A stretch of DNA of 62,069 nucleotides, filler included, from Choristocarpus tenellus KU-1152 (Eukaryota > Protista > Phaeophyceae): NCBI GenBank assembly GCA_964200185.2. It is 9 parts of 9 records of this genome, joined end to end, with 100 filler letters (N's around TTAATTAATTAA, not from the genome) between each part and the next. Parts side by side here need not be neighbours in the genome. Positions count along the whole stretch, not along the records: positions 1 to 8,361 come from CAXNAD020004810.1; positions 8,462 to 13,928 come from CAXNAD020010696.1; 7 more parts are not named here. One strand, 5' to 3'. The notes below the pieces were generated by a model that saw nothing but the letters and a program-made list of their open reading frames with translations, made no database searches and was not told the origin of the DNA. Positions within the stretch are counted from its first letter, which is position 1, and the number at the start of each line of letters is the position of its first letter. The translations under genes and the position numbers were made by a program. This document shows positions 1-13,401 of this stretch, in pieces.

Positions 1-487
1 GTGTTGTTCATGTAGAATAGAGTACACCTCTGTTTGAAGTGGTTCATAAGAACAAACCCCCCCCCCCCACCTCAACCTTCATAAATTTGGTGCAGAAATA
101 TTGTCGCACTGAGGTGGACAACATTCCAATATCATAGGAAGAAGACAAAGAGCCAGTGTGCATACCTATTGCATCCTTGTTTTTGAAGAGATGCGATAAT
201 TCCAATTATTACGACCACTATCCCAACAAATATGATTTATTTTAGTAATATATCCCCTCCAAATAGAAAAAAACACTTTTGTGAAACAAACACTCTAGTG
301 CTAGGGTTATAGGGTTACACACACCCTGAAAAAAACCCTGAAAAAAAAAATAGAATTCCCATTAATATTTTTTTTTCTTCAAAAAAATCAAACGGAATAG
401 AAGAACACAGAATCGGAAGACACTCTCAGCTTTCTCACCACAACACCACGCACGCCTTCACAACACCACAAGGAAACAGAAACTCAC

Positions 488-3400
488 TTCAGGAGAGAGA
501 GATGGTACCAACACAAGCTTGGTCATCCAAGTGTTGACGTGCTGGAACGCCCAGAGCCGTAACGTCGTGACACAGCTCTCTGGGACCAGCTCAGGAAGGT
601 GCCCTGCTATGCAGCTCACAAGGGTCTTGAGGATTTCGCAACCCTGTCGGGCAGGAACCGGTTTCGAATCAAACATTCAGTCAAACATTTGTGTATTAAC
701 TTTATTGTGTGGAAATTTGACCAACCGTAATCCATTGTTCAAATCAAACATTTGTGTATTAACTTATTCGTGTGGAAATTTAACCAACAGTTATCTACTA
801 ACTTATCCATTGGGTCTTATCTACCTGAGCAATTGTTTGGTTGTATCTCATGTGTTCAAGATTATAGTGATCTCCACAAACAGTAAGATTTAATAATATG
901 AAATATAAGATTCAATACCAAATATTTAAATTTCTTCAATGAATGCTCTATTCGAGTCTAGGGACCGCAAAAATTAAAAAAGAAACAAAAAGACCTGCAG
1001 GGGTATATTCTTGAGTGTCTTCCCCTCTGTAGTCTAGACATCTTGTACACATAGACAAAATTCAATGCAACAAAAGATATACCTTTATTTATTCATGTTT
1101 GTTGACAAAGGAACACACACAAAAATAAAGAGCCCCTACTTCGTACCTTCAACCTTTCGTAATGAAAAGACCTAGCACTGGAACTAGAGTACTATCATAC
1201 TTTTCACATAAAAAAAAGTGAAACTGTTACGAAACCGTCGTCCCTTACCTCCCTCTTGTACTCCAAATTGTCAAGGACAGCTGCCATGAGCTGATTCATC
1301 ACCATGTTCACCCGATCGCATTTAACCCTGAAAAGACACATACACACCAATCACAAGAGAGTCATTTATGAGATGAACTAGCAATAAAAGTCTGGGAAGG
1401 CGTTGATTCATAAGTCGTTCATGGAACAAAAACACAAAAAGTATCTCTAACCCTAACCCAACTCCCCTGTATTTGTATGCTCTCTACACAGAAGGCCAGG
1501 TCTTGACAATTCTTACATTTCCAGAAGTCAGGGTTAGGGTTAGGGTTGATCCACGACTTGAGACTTCTCAGACAGTTAATTGGTTAATTCATGGGAAAGC
1601 ACCTCCTGGGGTACACTATGTGAGGAGTGTGACATAAAAAAAAAATGTAAGAAAGAAAATGTCAATAGACGTCACAACGTGCTAGGAATACATACACACT
1701 TAGGGTTAGGGTTAGGCTTAACAAAAGAGAAAAAAATATGAGAAGGGTACTCCATTACACAACTCAAACGGAAGCAACAATATTTGGACCAATGAGAGGT
1801 CTTGTGTAAATTCTTACCTTCAATTTTCTCAGTGACCCTCGGTTCATTAGTTACAACTGACCAACCCTAACCCTAACCTTAACCTGATATTAGAGACCCT
1901 GCCATGGTCGTTGGTCATTGCCTACATACACAATAGTCTATTAAAAAAATTTCCCTCACTGACACAGTGATACCAGTGCTTGCACTAATAAAAATAATAA
2001 TATACTCCTATGGAACAAATACGACACATATATTAGAAACAAATACAAATGCGGGCCCATCCCATGGACTCGAGGCTGCAGCAACGACACCAGAAAGAAA
2101 AAAGAAAATCTTTTGGGTATCAACACCGTGATCTCTAGGGTTAGGGTTAGGGTTAGGGTTAGAAGTAAAGGCGATCTCTACTGAAGTAAAGCACTTAGCA
2201 TTGACAAAATATTTCATACAGTATCATACCTGATCCACAAAACAGTACATGCCACAAAATCATCATCAGGGTTACACAATGATCCCGTAACACTCAGGAA
2301 TGGTTACAGAGCAGCGACATCTTCCCTGCAATCACAGAGATTTGTTGGAGCAGCACGTTGCTAACCCTAACCCTAACCCTCAAAACTTGGCCAAGAGCAT
2401 AAAAATATTATCACCCAGAAAAACCGTTAAAATAGTCCAATTCCCTCCACAGCTCCTTGTTTTCATCCCTGTGATCGGATTTCATTTGTTCTAACCCTAA
2501 CCCTAACCCTAACCCTAGACAAAAAAATCATTCGAGCCAAATATCAACCCCAGTATACGCTACCAGAAAGCGATTCTTGAAGTCAAACTACAGGGTTAGG
2601 GATCGGGGATAGATATGTCTTCACCTGTCGTCCATTCCCATCATGGCCATCAAAACTCGGAGGTGCATGAAAAAGGTACTGATGTGACCGTTGGCAATGG
2701 TTAGGGTACACCTCTCTATCACGTACGAAGACTGGTTAAGGTCATTCCAGCACATGTGCTGAGGGCAACGGCAAGAGCAACCACCACCAGGGCATATTGA
2801 AGATAGGAACATGGTTAGGACTGTAGATAGAATCGAAATTAGGACTATAATTAGTACTATAGACAGTACCATAGTTAGGACCATAGCTAGTATCATAGTT
2901 AGTACTGCCGTTGAATTGTAGTTAGGACTATAATTAGTACCATAGACAGTACCATAGTTAGGACTGCAATTAGGTCCACAGCTAGTACCACAGCTAGGAC
3001 TACTGTAGTTGGTTCCATGCTAAGACCACATTGTGGCAAATATACCATGTACCATAAAGACGACCGTGTGCCTAGCCCCTCAACGAAAGGATATACACCA
3101 CTATACTCATAGAAACGAGCAAACTAGTACCTTCCAAAAGATCAACACCACCATCACAGGATGAGTTACATTGAGATTTAGGGAGTACTTGTAACAATTG
3201 ATCATTTAGACCAATAGAATCACTTGCAATTCACACCATCCCAATAGGAGTCACCCCCACGGGAACGTTCTCACCACCCCATTTCTTTAATCCTTACTAG
3301 GGTTAGGGCTGGACCTAACCCTAACCTTTCACATCGCAATCTTAGAAAAAATAAATAATATACTTCAACCTCCAACGATCTCTATCCCCAACAGAACTGT

Positions 3401-6400
3401 ACTCCAGCCCCCCCCCCCCCCCCCCCCTAACCACACACACACCTACCTTCTCACCCTCTACAACACCCACATCAGCTTAGACAAGGTTAGGGTTTGACAT
3501 GTATCACCTGTGTTAGGCGTATGAGACTGCTGAGTTGCTGTTCATGTCTGTTGGCTAGCTGGGATGTTGGTGGCCGTCCCCCCAGTATCAGATCTAGGAC
3601 AAGTGGGTGCCTCAGCAGGATAGTCTCATACCTAGGTAGAACCATCAGCTTCTGTTGCTGAGGTGTATAGTGCACAAAAAATTGGAAACATAAAAAGACA
3701 ACCGTACAATACATAAAGCATTGGTGTTGACATTGGAGTGTAGGTAGGGCTAAGGTTATATATATGTTATATTTCTTCTTGAGGTTGGCCAATCACCACC
3801 CAACCCCAGAGTTGTAGAACGTAACCTCAAGTGTACAGTGCGATCCTTGTAAGAGGAGAGTCCACATGTGGTAGAATGTCCATGGTATACAGTCTATAGT
3901 GCCTACACTGACAGTGAGAAATATTTGTAACAACACCATCACTACAACCCTACATGTAACTCTAACTCTAACTCTAACCCTAACCCTAACCTACTGCCTT
4001 ACTGTGTATCACGCAACTACATACTGCTGTCTCCCACTAACAAAAAAAATTGCAAATAAATACAAGTATTACATCAACCACCACTGCACAACTGTACAGT
4101 GCACCTCTGCTCTAACCGAGGCCCTAACCCTAACCCTAACCCTAACCCTTACCGATCCAAAGTCGACGAGGGATCTTGGCGGTATGCACGACCTCAAGGT
4201 ACTCCTAGACATCTTTAGCAGTACAACACTGGGGTCTGATTGTTTCTCACCCTCACCCTCAGCATCCATCCCATCTTTTGCATCTCCTGTTTTGTCTGGG
4301 GCACACAAGACAGTTTGACAGTTTGGTTACTAATGTTACTCACTACTATCACACTCAACAGAAGGCGGTGCGCATGATTGGCAGTTACAGGGTCTGCTAA
4401 GGTAGAGGCGTTGGCTTTGACTGTTGGTTAAACTTGGGTTAGGGTTATGGATTGTAACCTCACCATTGAGAATTTTTAGTTTTGAGAATCCAGCACAACA
4501 AACTTAACCCCTACTTCACACTGGCCCAATGTTCTTACTATACTAGATAAAATGAAAAGTATCATAATACATAACCATTATTAATATTATTATTGTTGTT
4601 TGAAAGACTTAATACATGCAAAACAATGTACAAAGCAGGGTACTTACCTTACCTATATAATGTTAACCAATATTATAACAACTGCGTAACACACTACCAA
4701 CCCTAACCCTAACTCTTTTAGAAACTAGTGCAAAACAATCATATCACATCAATGTGGTCATAGGGCTAGGGTAGAATAAATTGCAGCACTCTAGTAGTAT
4801 CACACAAACAACATAAGAGAACTAGAAAAAAAGACTCATGCATGTCAACCCTAACCCTAACCCAGAGTCCAGTCTGCTCCCTAAACCATCATCATGGCAT
4901 CTACAAATATTAGAACATACAACCCCCTCCATCACCTCAACACTGTAGCACTTCCATGCACCTCTCAAACATTTAACCCTAACCCTAACCCTAGAACTCC
5001 AATAAAACATTACCACAAAAAATTCCACATCAAAGTGTATATATATGTTTGTCATCAGGTTGTCCTTACAGTCTGCTTCAGCTCTTCCCAACCAATCCCT
5101 AACCCTCACTCTAATAAAAGCAACAACCCTAACCCTAACATCATGTCAGATCGAAACGGTCCAGTACATACCAGTAGTTGATACATAGGAGATACCTCAC
5201 ATACTCCAGAACACTACACGATAGACATGAAAACAAAAAGAAGAAACTTCATCTTAAAAAAAAAAATGAGCAAAAAAGCAGGCTACAGTATACTTCCTAC
5301 AGTATACTCTTTGCACTAAGTTACAAACAAGTGGTGTACCCTTCCTTAAAAAATAGGCATTTTGGATATGAAAACCCCCCCTAATAATCTCATCTTTTAA
5401 AAAGCCAAACACATTCTGCATCATATACTTCAAGTACACACAAATATTTACACAACTATTATTATTTTACTTTTAAAATTAATGTACACAGTTTGAAGCA
5501 CTTATTCTGTGTACACACCTTTATCCATACCTAACCCTAACCCTACAGTACATCTACTTGGCAACAAACAACTCAACCATACCTCAAAGTACACCACACT
5601 ACCCAATACTGTAGAGTTAGCCCTAACCCTTGCCCTAACCCTATAATTCTGCTACCATAGACATTTTGGTACACACCTTCTATTTCATAGGAAGCCTCTG
5701 CCCCAACCACGAGACAAGTACGTACTAGTCCCTCCACCAGATGCAAAATATGCATAAATGATCCTGTACTACTGCACCAACTCTCCTTCCTGGGATACAG
5801 AGAGCACTCCTCCTCCATGCCCCAAGCCCCCCCCCTTCGTGCCCCATCCCTCAGCTCCAACAACCTGGGCGACACAGGAGAACTGACCTCCCCAAGGGCA
5901 GCATGAATAACCCTTGGAGAGAGGAGACAGCAAACAGACATCGACAGCAGTCATCAACAGCAGTCAGGCCTATGCGAACAGAATACAGCCCTAACCCTAA
6001 CCCTAAGCTTTCAAAATCTACCAATGGGCACACAAACTACACAAGAATTATTCTCATCCTTCACGCTACAAGAATTATTCTCAATGTTCCAACTACTAGT
6101 GTTAATAAACATTTCAGGAGATAGAAAATGATAACAGGAAAACAAGCAAATTCAATGCCCTAACCCTGTATCTCAAATATCAACAGCCATAACCCTAACC
6201 CTTGCTTCGACACCCACCCACCCTAACCCTACATTGAGAGTCGGTCCAAAGTCACAAAAGAGGGACACCTGTATCTAAGTCTCCCCCCTCCCCAAACAGT
6301 CTAAGGTCTTAAAAAAACGCTTTCAAAATCCTACTGTGGTTAATCCCTGAATCTTCCATGCATGGAACCCTAACCCTAAGAGTACTACATCCTACAGAGC

Positions 6401-7957
6401 TAGGGAACAATGCACTTTGATGCTAATGAGATGTACCTATACCAACATACAACATACCTCCCAAGCCAACCTCTCGCCCCATTACCAATCAACCAATCAA
6501 ACTGCTTGCACAACACTGGTTCACACAAACAACCAAAAAATAAATAAATCATTCCTCGTCCTATTCTCATTTTTTATTTTAGTTTGATTGATCACAAAAT
6601 AAAAATTAATCATGGTAACTCAAATCGATAATCCTTATCAACAAACTGAGATACTTCCTTCTTGATTCCTTTCCTACACCCAAAAAAGAATATATGATAT
6701 TGCCTCAACCCTAACCCTAACCCTTGAAATAAGACACTCTGTGTACCTGTGAGGTTGCAGGGCAACTGTATGTGTAGGGCATTAATACAATGTCTCTGTC
6801 ACACAAGAGTCTATCAACACTGTTTGCGTATACAAACAACATAACCTCTGCCCCACCGTGCTTCCTAACCCTAACCCTAACCCTAAGTACAATCAGTTCG
6901 GTACAATAAAACCCCTATAACCCTAACCCTAATGCCTACCTTTAACATTTCTTACTAGGGTTAGGGTTGTTACAATTCCACACAAAGTCGTACCACCCCT
7001 GTAAGCAACACGTCTCTAAGCAGCAATAGTAAATTTCTCCAATCAAATACTAATTAATATTCCATCATCACTTTCCCAGAAACAAAGCCTTCCACGTATC
7101 CCTATCCCTAATCCCTAACCTTACACATACCCCTCACTCCTACCCTAATCTTACACGTATCCCTAACCCTAACCCCAACCCTACCTGGGTATAACCCCTA
7201 GGCGCATGAGCAGGACCTTCTCCTCCCACCCCAAACTGTTAGAAAATTCCCCTAGCAGAAAGAACAGGTGGTCCAGGTGCTTCACTGTACTGTTACTCCA
7301 TGTTGGCTGTACCACTCCAGCACCACCGCCAGTTAATGAGACTGGTTGGGAATTGGCACTGACAGGGCCATGGCAGGTACTAGAGCTGTTACTGCTTCCA
7401 CCGGCAGGAAGAGATGCAACCTTTGTGTCAAGACATGGAGGCAAGAGGCCATTCAAAGAGCAAACGGTAGAGGGAGGAGGGAAGAGGGAGGAAGGAGGAG
7501 GGTGACGCTACTTCCACCTCTTGGGTCTTGTCTGTGCGGTTTGACTCTTAGTCAATCGAAAAAAGTGACGCATACACCGTAACAGATTCACAGACGTTAC
7601 TGGCCAAGGGTTAGGGTTAGGGCTAGAGCTGGCAAGGTCTAGAACGAGATGAATAAAAGGTACTGTAGTAAGGCACTACATAACCCTAACCCCAACCCTA
7701 ATACAAATAAATAAATATCACACTACACTGGTACAAGTCAATCGACTCTTGGGCTGCTGCCTTCAAGCATCCTACCTCTAGGGCCATCCTCACAGACACT
7801 TCATACACTATTCAAACAACTCCACTCGCCCCGACCTATCCCTCACCTCCATAACCAAGTCCAGGATGGTCCCCACAAACCTCACAACCAGGCTCTTGGA
7901 GTTCCACCATCGTAGGCGATGAAAAACCACTGTTGATTTAACACAGATCGCATCCTC
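488..7957 (-). CDS. USP9X/USP24/USP34 (fat facets-like) ubiquitin-specific protease, C-terminal helical region; partial, 8 internal exons
   Basis: Exons 7847-7957, 7185-7420, 5677-5912, 4153-4295, 3508-3657, 2625-2758, 1249-1327 and 488-643. All are AG/GT bounded with compatible phases (0,2,1,0,0,2,0) and give 415 open codons. KHLDHLFFLLGEFSNSLGWEEKVLLMRLGVIPRVIHAALGE and LTQHMCWNDLNQSSYVIE...LRVLMAMMGMDDRVKCDRV resemble the post-catalytic region of USP9X (recalled as [27 protein letters not shown]...FCCWENPQFSSTVL...LLQILLIEDSWQTHRI). Both ends lie outside the contig. Confidence 0.75.
2807..3020. repeat. Degenerate ~12-bp minisatellite (TAGTTAGGACCA-like) in an intron
   Basis: Recurring tag(g/t)ac(t/c)ata units at 12-nt period. 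Confidence 0.7.
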
Positions 7958-8123
7958 CTGTCAAGGGGATACATTTATTGGGACACATCGAACACTGATC
8001 CTCAAGTCCCAGTGACAATACCTGCACTGCAAACAAGCGACGGTACCCTAACCCTAAGACTTGTGCCAGTCTATGCCTACTAAAGAACTGCAAGTATTAA
8101 TAGTTCAAACCCTGCTTGGTACT

Positions 8124-8310
8124 GGGTCAAAGTATTTGGTGTGTGTGTGTGTGTGTGTGGCGACTGTCTATGTTTGGGGCCATTTTCTTCACGTCGTGAT
8201 TTTTGGGTGATTTGGTTCCATACGTTGGATGGATAATGAAAGTGCGCTTTTGCTGGTTATCGTTGAAATGGACACCCTGGTGTAGACCCCCCCCCCCCCC
8301 CCCCCCCTCC
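8124..8310. mobile_element. MITE family A (~180 bp, poly-G/C subterminal), truncated at contig end
   Basis: Starts GGGTCAAAGTAT; internal sequence matches the full copy at 47998-48175. Confidence 0.7.
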
Positions 8311-8361
8311 CTTTTTGCGCCCCCCTCCTCCCACTCCGCCCCCCACCTGCCCCCCCCCCCC

Positions 8362-8461
8362 NNNNNNNNNNNNNNNNNNNNNNNNNNNNNNNNNNNNNNN
8401 NNNNNTTAATTAATTAANNNNNNNNNNNNNNNNNNNNNNNNNNNNNNNNNNNNNNNNNNNN
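8362..8461. other. Artificial contig spacer N44-TTAATTAATTAA-N44
   Basis: Identical 100-nt spacers, with stops in all six frames, also at 13929-14028, 18768-18867, 24902-25001, 27656-27755, 39571-39670, 42771-42870 and 46356-46455. Confidence 0.97.
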
Positions 8462-8704
8462 CCCCTCTTCCCCCTTTTTTCTCAACCACTCCCCCCCCTT
8501 TTTTTTCTTTTTTTTTTTTTTTTTTTTTTCCCCCCCCCCCCCCCCCCTCCCCATATGATGATCCTGTCTCTCTATTTCATTTCCCCTGCCTACTACCACA
8601 ACATTTTGGCTTGTCCTGTGAGCTGTAGTAATATTCTACAATGTTCTTGATTTCTATATTTTGTCAAAATGTTATGGTTGTGTTGTATGCTTTTTTCCCC
8701 GAAG

Positions 8705-11529
8705 GATGCTATGCTAGAGCTGGTTGAAGACAAGGGTATCGACCTGATGCTGGTTGTGGGGGGATGGGACTCGTCCAACACTCACCACCTTGCGGAGATA
8801 TCAGATGTTAAAGGTATCCCTACCTACTGGGTCAACAAGGTGAGGCAAGGTGGGGATTTTGTTGGGGAATTAGGGAAGAGATTGGAAGGCGTACTGGGGG
8901 TTGTGTTTTATGCCATTTTGGTGAGTGTGGTGATTGTATGAAAACAGTAGCGTATGGTGCGTCTACTTGCTACTAGATGGGTGTATGAGGGTTGACTGAA
9001 GAGGGTGGGACAAGGACATGGGTCAAGAATTGTTGATCGTTTTTTGGGGGGTGGAGGGGGTTGTTTACAAGGATTTTCGTTTTGTCTCTCTAGTGTTGGT
9101 CTATGTTCTACAGGGTAATACATCCTGTAACCACTGGAAAAAGAATTCAATCACAATTTAACTCTAAAACTACAGTGGGGAAGGTGACACATCGAGTGGG
9201 TGTACAAGAGTCTCCCCTGGCAAAGGGGAGTATGTTTAGCCTGATTTTTTTTTTTTTTTGAAAGTAAGATTGGTGTGTGTGTGTTATGGTCATTTGGGAA
9301 CCTGGATGGATGGATGGATGGATGACATGTAGTAGCGTGAAGTTTGATTATTGTATATGAAAATATAATATTTTTTCCTTCTGAGTCCTTGGTTCTGGTG
9401 TGAGTTGAACACTGTGATGATTTAGGTGGAGCCTGTAGTTGAAGAAATGGTGATGTGTGCCTTGAGATGCAGCTCTCCCCTAATTGTAGACAACGATCTT
9501 TGGTTGATTATCTTGAGTGAAGTAGCTCACTAATGTGAATCACAGCAAGTGGATCAAATTTTGTTATTGAAATTAAAAAAAAATGTTAGCTGAGATTTTT
9601 TTTGAGGTGAAGTGTTTGTCCTGATTTGCAGGCAAAGAGCAACATCACACTACAAATATATATATATTTTATCTAGTAACACAACATAAAATTCAAAGAT
9701 TCCAGAAATTACAGGTTTTTGTTGGCTTACATAATTGAAAAAAAAAATCTAAGACGAAGGGACCCTGAAAATTATTTTTTTGCTTGAATTTGAAATAGTG
9801 TAGGGGAAATATCAAGTGGAGTCCTGTTTTTTGTTTAAGCTGGATCTGCTTGTGATCAATTCAGGGTTTTGCTTTGGGTGATGTAGGTGGTCATGATACC
9901 TGGTTTTGTCTGTTATCACTTGTTGGGTGGTTTGGTACTTGATTGGTACTTCTGAATGTTGATTCAGTGCTGCTCCTCTTTTGAGCGGGTGAGGTCGTGA
10001 ATTTTTTGCTGATGACACCTGTTGCAGGGGTTCATTGCAGGAAAGAGGGGCCCTGTTGATGGTAAAGATGTTGTACTGGCGATGAAGAGGTTGTGCACTC
10101 TGCGTGTGGGTCATAATAATTACTGTAAAGAACCAGATTTTCATGCAGTGGCCTGGTCCCCATACCTCTCTCCCTGTCAACTCTTCTACCTCAGTCTCTC
10201 TTGAATGTTGGCAGTCGTGGACTGCAGTGTGAATATCTTCTTGGCTTGATTGACCTATAGAGCAGACAACCTATTCCCCCTCTTTGCTCTGTGTTGCTAA
10301 AGACAAGGATTTCATATCATTTTTTTTTATTTTTCCAATTGTTTTATGCCCGTCAATCATCTTCTACCAGTATGAAATGCATCGATTTTTTTGTTGTCCC
10401 TAGGATCAAATGTTGGTTAAATTTCAATACTTCTTTCCTTTTTCACTCCTCTACCTCAATCTTGCCCCCCTCCACCCCAACCCCAACCCCCATCTCAGAC
10501 CCAATCCATAATAATCTGTCCCGAAGCCTGATGCCACCTCCTCACCATCCCCTATGGCCCCGCCCGCCCTCCTTTCTGGTCTGCACTCTTTTGTGATCTG
10601 TCTATGACAATAATGTAATGCATAACATTTCATAGGCGGAGTGCATCCGACCAGATGGCTCCATTGACCATGTCGACCCCCACAGCATGGAAGAGGTCAA
10701 TACTCCTAACTTCCTCCCTGATGGCAAGCTTATCATTGGACTTACCAGCGGGGCGTCTACTCCTGATGCCTACATGGAGCAGGCACGTGGGACTCAAGTA
10801 TTTCGAGTGTTTTCAACGATGGAGTTGAGGATAAAAGTGACTAGAAGATTATTTTGTAATTTTTTTTGTGCTATTAGAAGATCAGATGAAGTGGTCTGAA
10901 GGTTGATAAGTGAAAAGCTGAGGTGGGTATGCAGGGTGTTGATACGTCCATGGAAAAGGCTAGGAGGGGGGGTGGGGGTAGGGAGTCCAGAGCAAATTGA
11001 TTGGGGCACGGTCTATCTTCACGGTGAGATGGGTATGGAATGTGTGTTGTTCAGAAAGTTTTAGTTTTTCTTTAGGGTGTGTAGAAGGGGTGATGGACAT
11101 GGGAACTGTGGATGGTTTGAAAGCAGTGGATGGGTTGACCTCTGTGACATTTAAGGCTTAATGGTAATATATAATTATATATTGGATTTGTGTGTGCTAT
11201 TTGTTGTAGTTCAAGACAAGAATGCACTTCTGTTGTGAACTTGTCCCTGGTGCCTTGTTCTGAACTATAACATGTAGGGCCAGGTTGGCTTAGACTTCAC
11301 ATTTAAGTATATACTACATGATATGTATATATATTGTTTGATGTGTGTGTGTGAGGCTTTTGGGGTTGTACTTACTCACCATATCCCCACAAAAATAAGT
11401 AAAAGATTTTTCCTTTGTATGATTAATTGGATGTTTTTCTGATCTGACTGCTTGACTGTGTTTATGTTTCTGTTTTCACAGGCGGTCGAGAACATCTTCA
11501 TGCTCAAGTCTCTCAAAGCAGCAGCATGA
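8705..11529 (+). CDS. ispH: 4-hydroxy-3-methylbut-2-enyl diphosphate reductase (IspH/LytB/HDR), last three exons
   Basis: Exons 8705-8839 (DAMLELV...LMLVVGGWDSSNTHHLAEI...GIPTYWVNK), 10636-10782 (AECIRPDG...FLPDGKLIIGLTSGASTPDAYMEQ) and 11482-11529 (AVENIFMLKSLKAAA*), all phase 0. GGxxSSNT and GxTSGASTPD are IspH signature motifs. Confidence 0.95.
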
Positions 11530-12513
11530 ACAGGGTTGGGCAGCGCTGAGAAAGAGTGCGTGGTGGAAGTTAGACACAAGTGTGACAATAAGTAGGGGAC
11601 TATTGTGGGAGTTTTGGTGGCATGGTTGGGCAGAAGAAACAAGAGACGAGGAGTTCAGTCAAACTTGTAAAAAAGGGTTTGATTTGAAGGATGAGGTGCC
11701 TGCTAGTGAGGCTATGGTGGTTGATCATGCAGCACAGGGTATGGAATAGTAGAGATGTGGAATTCAATGCCCATCCTTGTAAAGTTGGCGAGAAAGAATT
11801 AGATCTCTTGAACCCTTTCTGCATGCAGTCAATGGCGCACACATGTGTGTGTGTGTGTGTGAGCATGCTGTCTCTCCTTCTACTCTCCTCTAGGCTTCTA
11901 GCTGGGGTCGATGGAGATTTTAATTTTTTCCGGAGAGGTAATGTATTCGGAAGATTTGGTTTGAGGTCCCTTATCTGTATTCATGCCATTTTGCTCGATT
12001 TTGTGTTGGAGGGGCATCCCACACAATCACCCCGTTTCCCCCTTGAAGTAGTAGTACATGTAGTACACAACCAACACATGTCAGTTCGAAGGAAGGTGGT
12101 GATAGAGTGCCTTACTTGCAAAGGGAAGATTGGCTGGTGGGCGTATGATGCAATGTGGAGTTGAATACATCATAGTCGGATCAGTCACCCTGGTCCCTTG
12201 TATGTGTGTGTGTGCTGTCTAGGTCTGACAAGGGATTTGTTTAGTGTGGGGGTGATGCTGTGAATATCGATGACTGAGTGCCACACACTATTTCAGTGCC
12301 ATGATCATGATCTTGATTTTGTCGAGGTGGCAGCAATGTGGTGTATAGACATACAATGTTTAGGTTTACCTGCCTGTTGCTGGGGTTTTGCTCATCATGT
12401 TGGCCCCTCTTCAAGATAAAATATATAATATACATTAAAAAATAAAGAGATTGAAAATAATCCCTGCCCAGAAAATGAATTAGATACAGTGGGAGTACCA
12501 TTTAGTATGTACT

Positions 12514-12776
12514 GAGCCAAAGTATTCGAGAGGTACCCAGATTTTGACCGTTTTATATCTTAACGTCTTTAAAATAAAATCTTTTTCAATCCATCCATGT
12601 CTTTTTGGATGGAGTTTTAAGCTTGCTATGGGAGTGTTGATTTCTCTATTGTTTGAAAATTTTCCAACACAATTCAGAAAATATCCTACACAAATTAAGT
12701 AAAAAATGCCGACTTTTGCAAATATTTGTCAGTGTCCTTAGAATGCAACTTTGGGTACCTCTTGTTTACTCGACTC
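12514..12776. mobile_element. MITE family B (TIR GAGTC-AAGTA..CGAGAGGTACCCAG), PIF/Harbinger-like
   Basis: ~26-bp imperfect TIRs; homologous to 17569-17910; flanks ACT/ATT. Confidence 0.65.
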
Positions 12777-13057
12777 ATTTTGTAACTAATATGCTTTGTT
12801 CTGAATTAGATGTAACATGCATTTTCCAGCCCTGATGAAGACAGTTTTTTTTTCCCTCCATGTACATATTTTATGGGTGTATTGTGCAGATACCAAAAGG
12901 TTGCCCACCAAAATCTCAAGCAAAATGGGGCAGCCTACACCCAGCTATGATTCTCCCCCTGAAGCCCTCCAAAACTCCATTCCACCAAGATATTTTGCCG
13001 TATCCACTAGGATATTTGGGGGGACCATCTAACCTTCTCAGTCTTTTCCTTGATACG

Positions 13058-13401
13058 GTGTTGGCAGTCGCCTCTAGGATCAGACCGATCTTGATCTTTT
13101 TGAAAAGGTTGCCCAATGAGTTAAGCGACGATGAGCATATCAAATGAAAGCTCTTGATCTAAGCTATCAATGATAGGATTTTTTTGGAAAGATTATTCTA
13201 GTAGTCTAAATTTTAACCGAATGTTTTCGGCACAACCTTGGAAATGTTCCGGAATGAATTATCATGACCAAATATATATTTTCGAGAAAATTCCTTTGCA
13301 TCAGTCGATATCCTAGATCCAGACCTTTCATTTGATATGCTGATCGTTGATTAACTCGTTGGGGAACCTTCTAAAAAAATCAAGATTGGTCACCGCCAAA
13401 A
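13058..13401. mobile_element. Long imperfect palindrome, foldback-type non-autonomous element
   Basis: 13083-13175 is the near reverse complement of ~13298-13391 (shared GCATATCAAATGAAAG and GAGTTAA..ACGAT blocks). Confidence 0.7.

Larger units (their letters stand above)
300..8056. repeat. Dispersed short interstitial telomere-type tracts (CCCTAA)n/(TTAGGG)n in introns
   Basis: Dozens of 2-6 unit tracts, e.g. 1530-1547, 2137-2162, 2492-2516, 3958-3994, 4123-4149, 6866-6886. Confidence 0.9.

Noticed and set aside
2008-5181. ORFs with NPNPNP, LTLTLT, VRVRVR and LGLGLG runs
   Set aside because: These are translations of (CCCTAA)n/(TTAGGG)n tracts in introns, not proteins.
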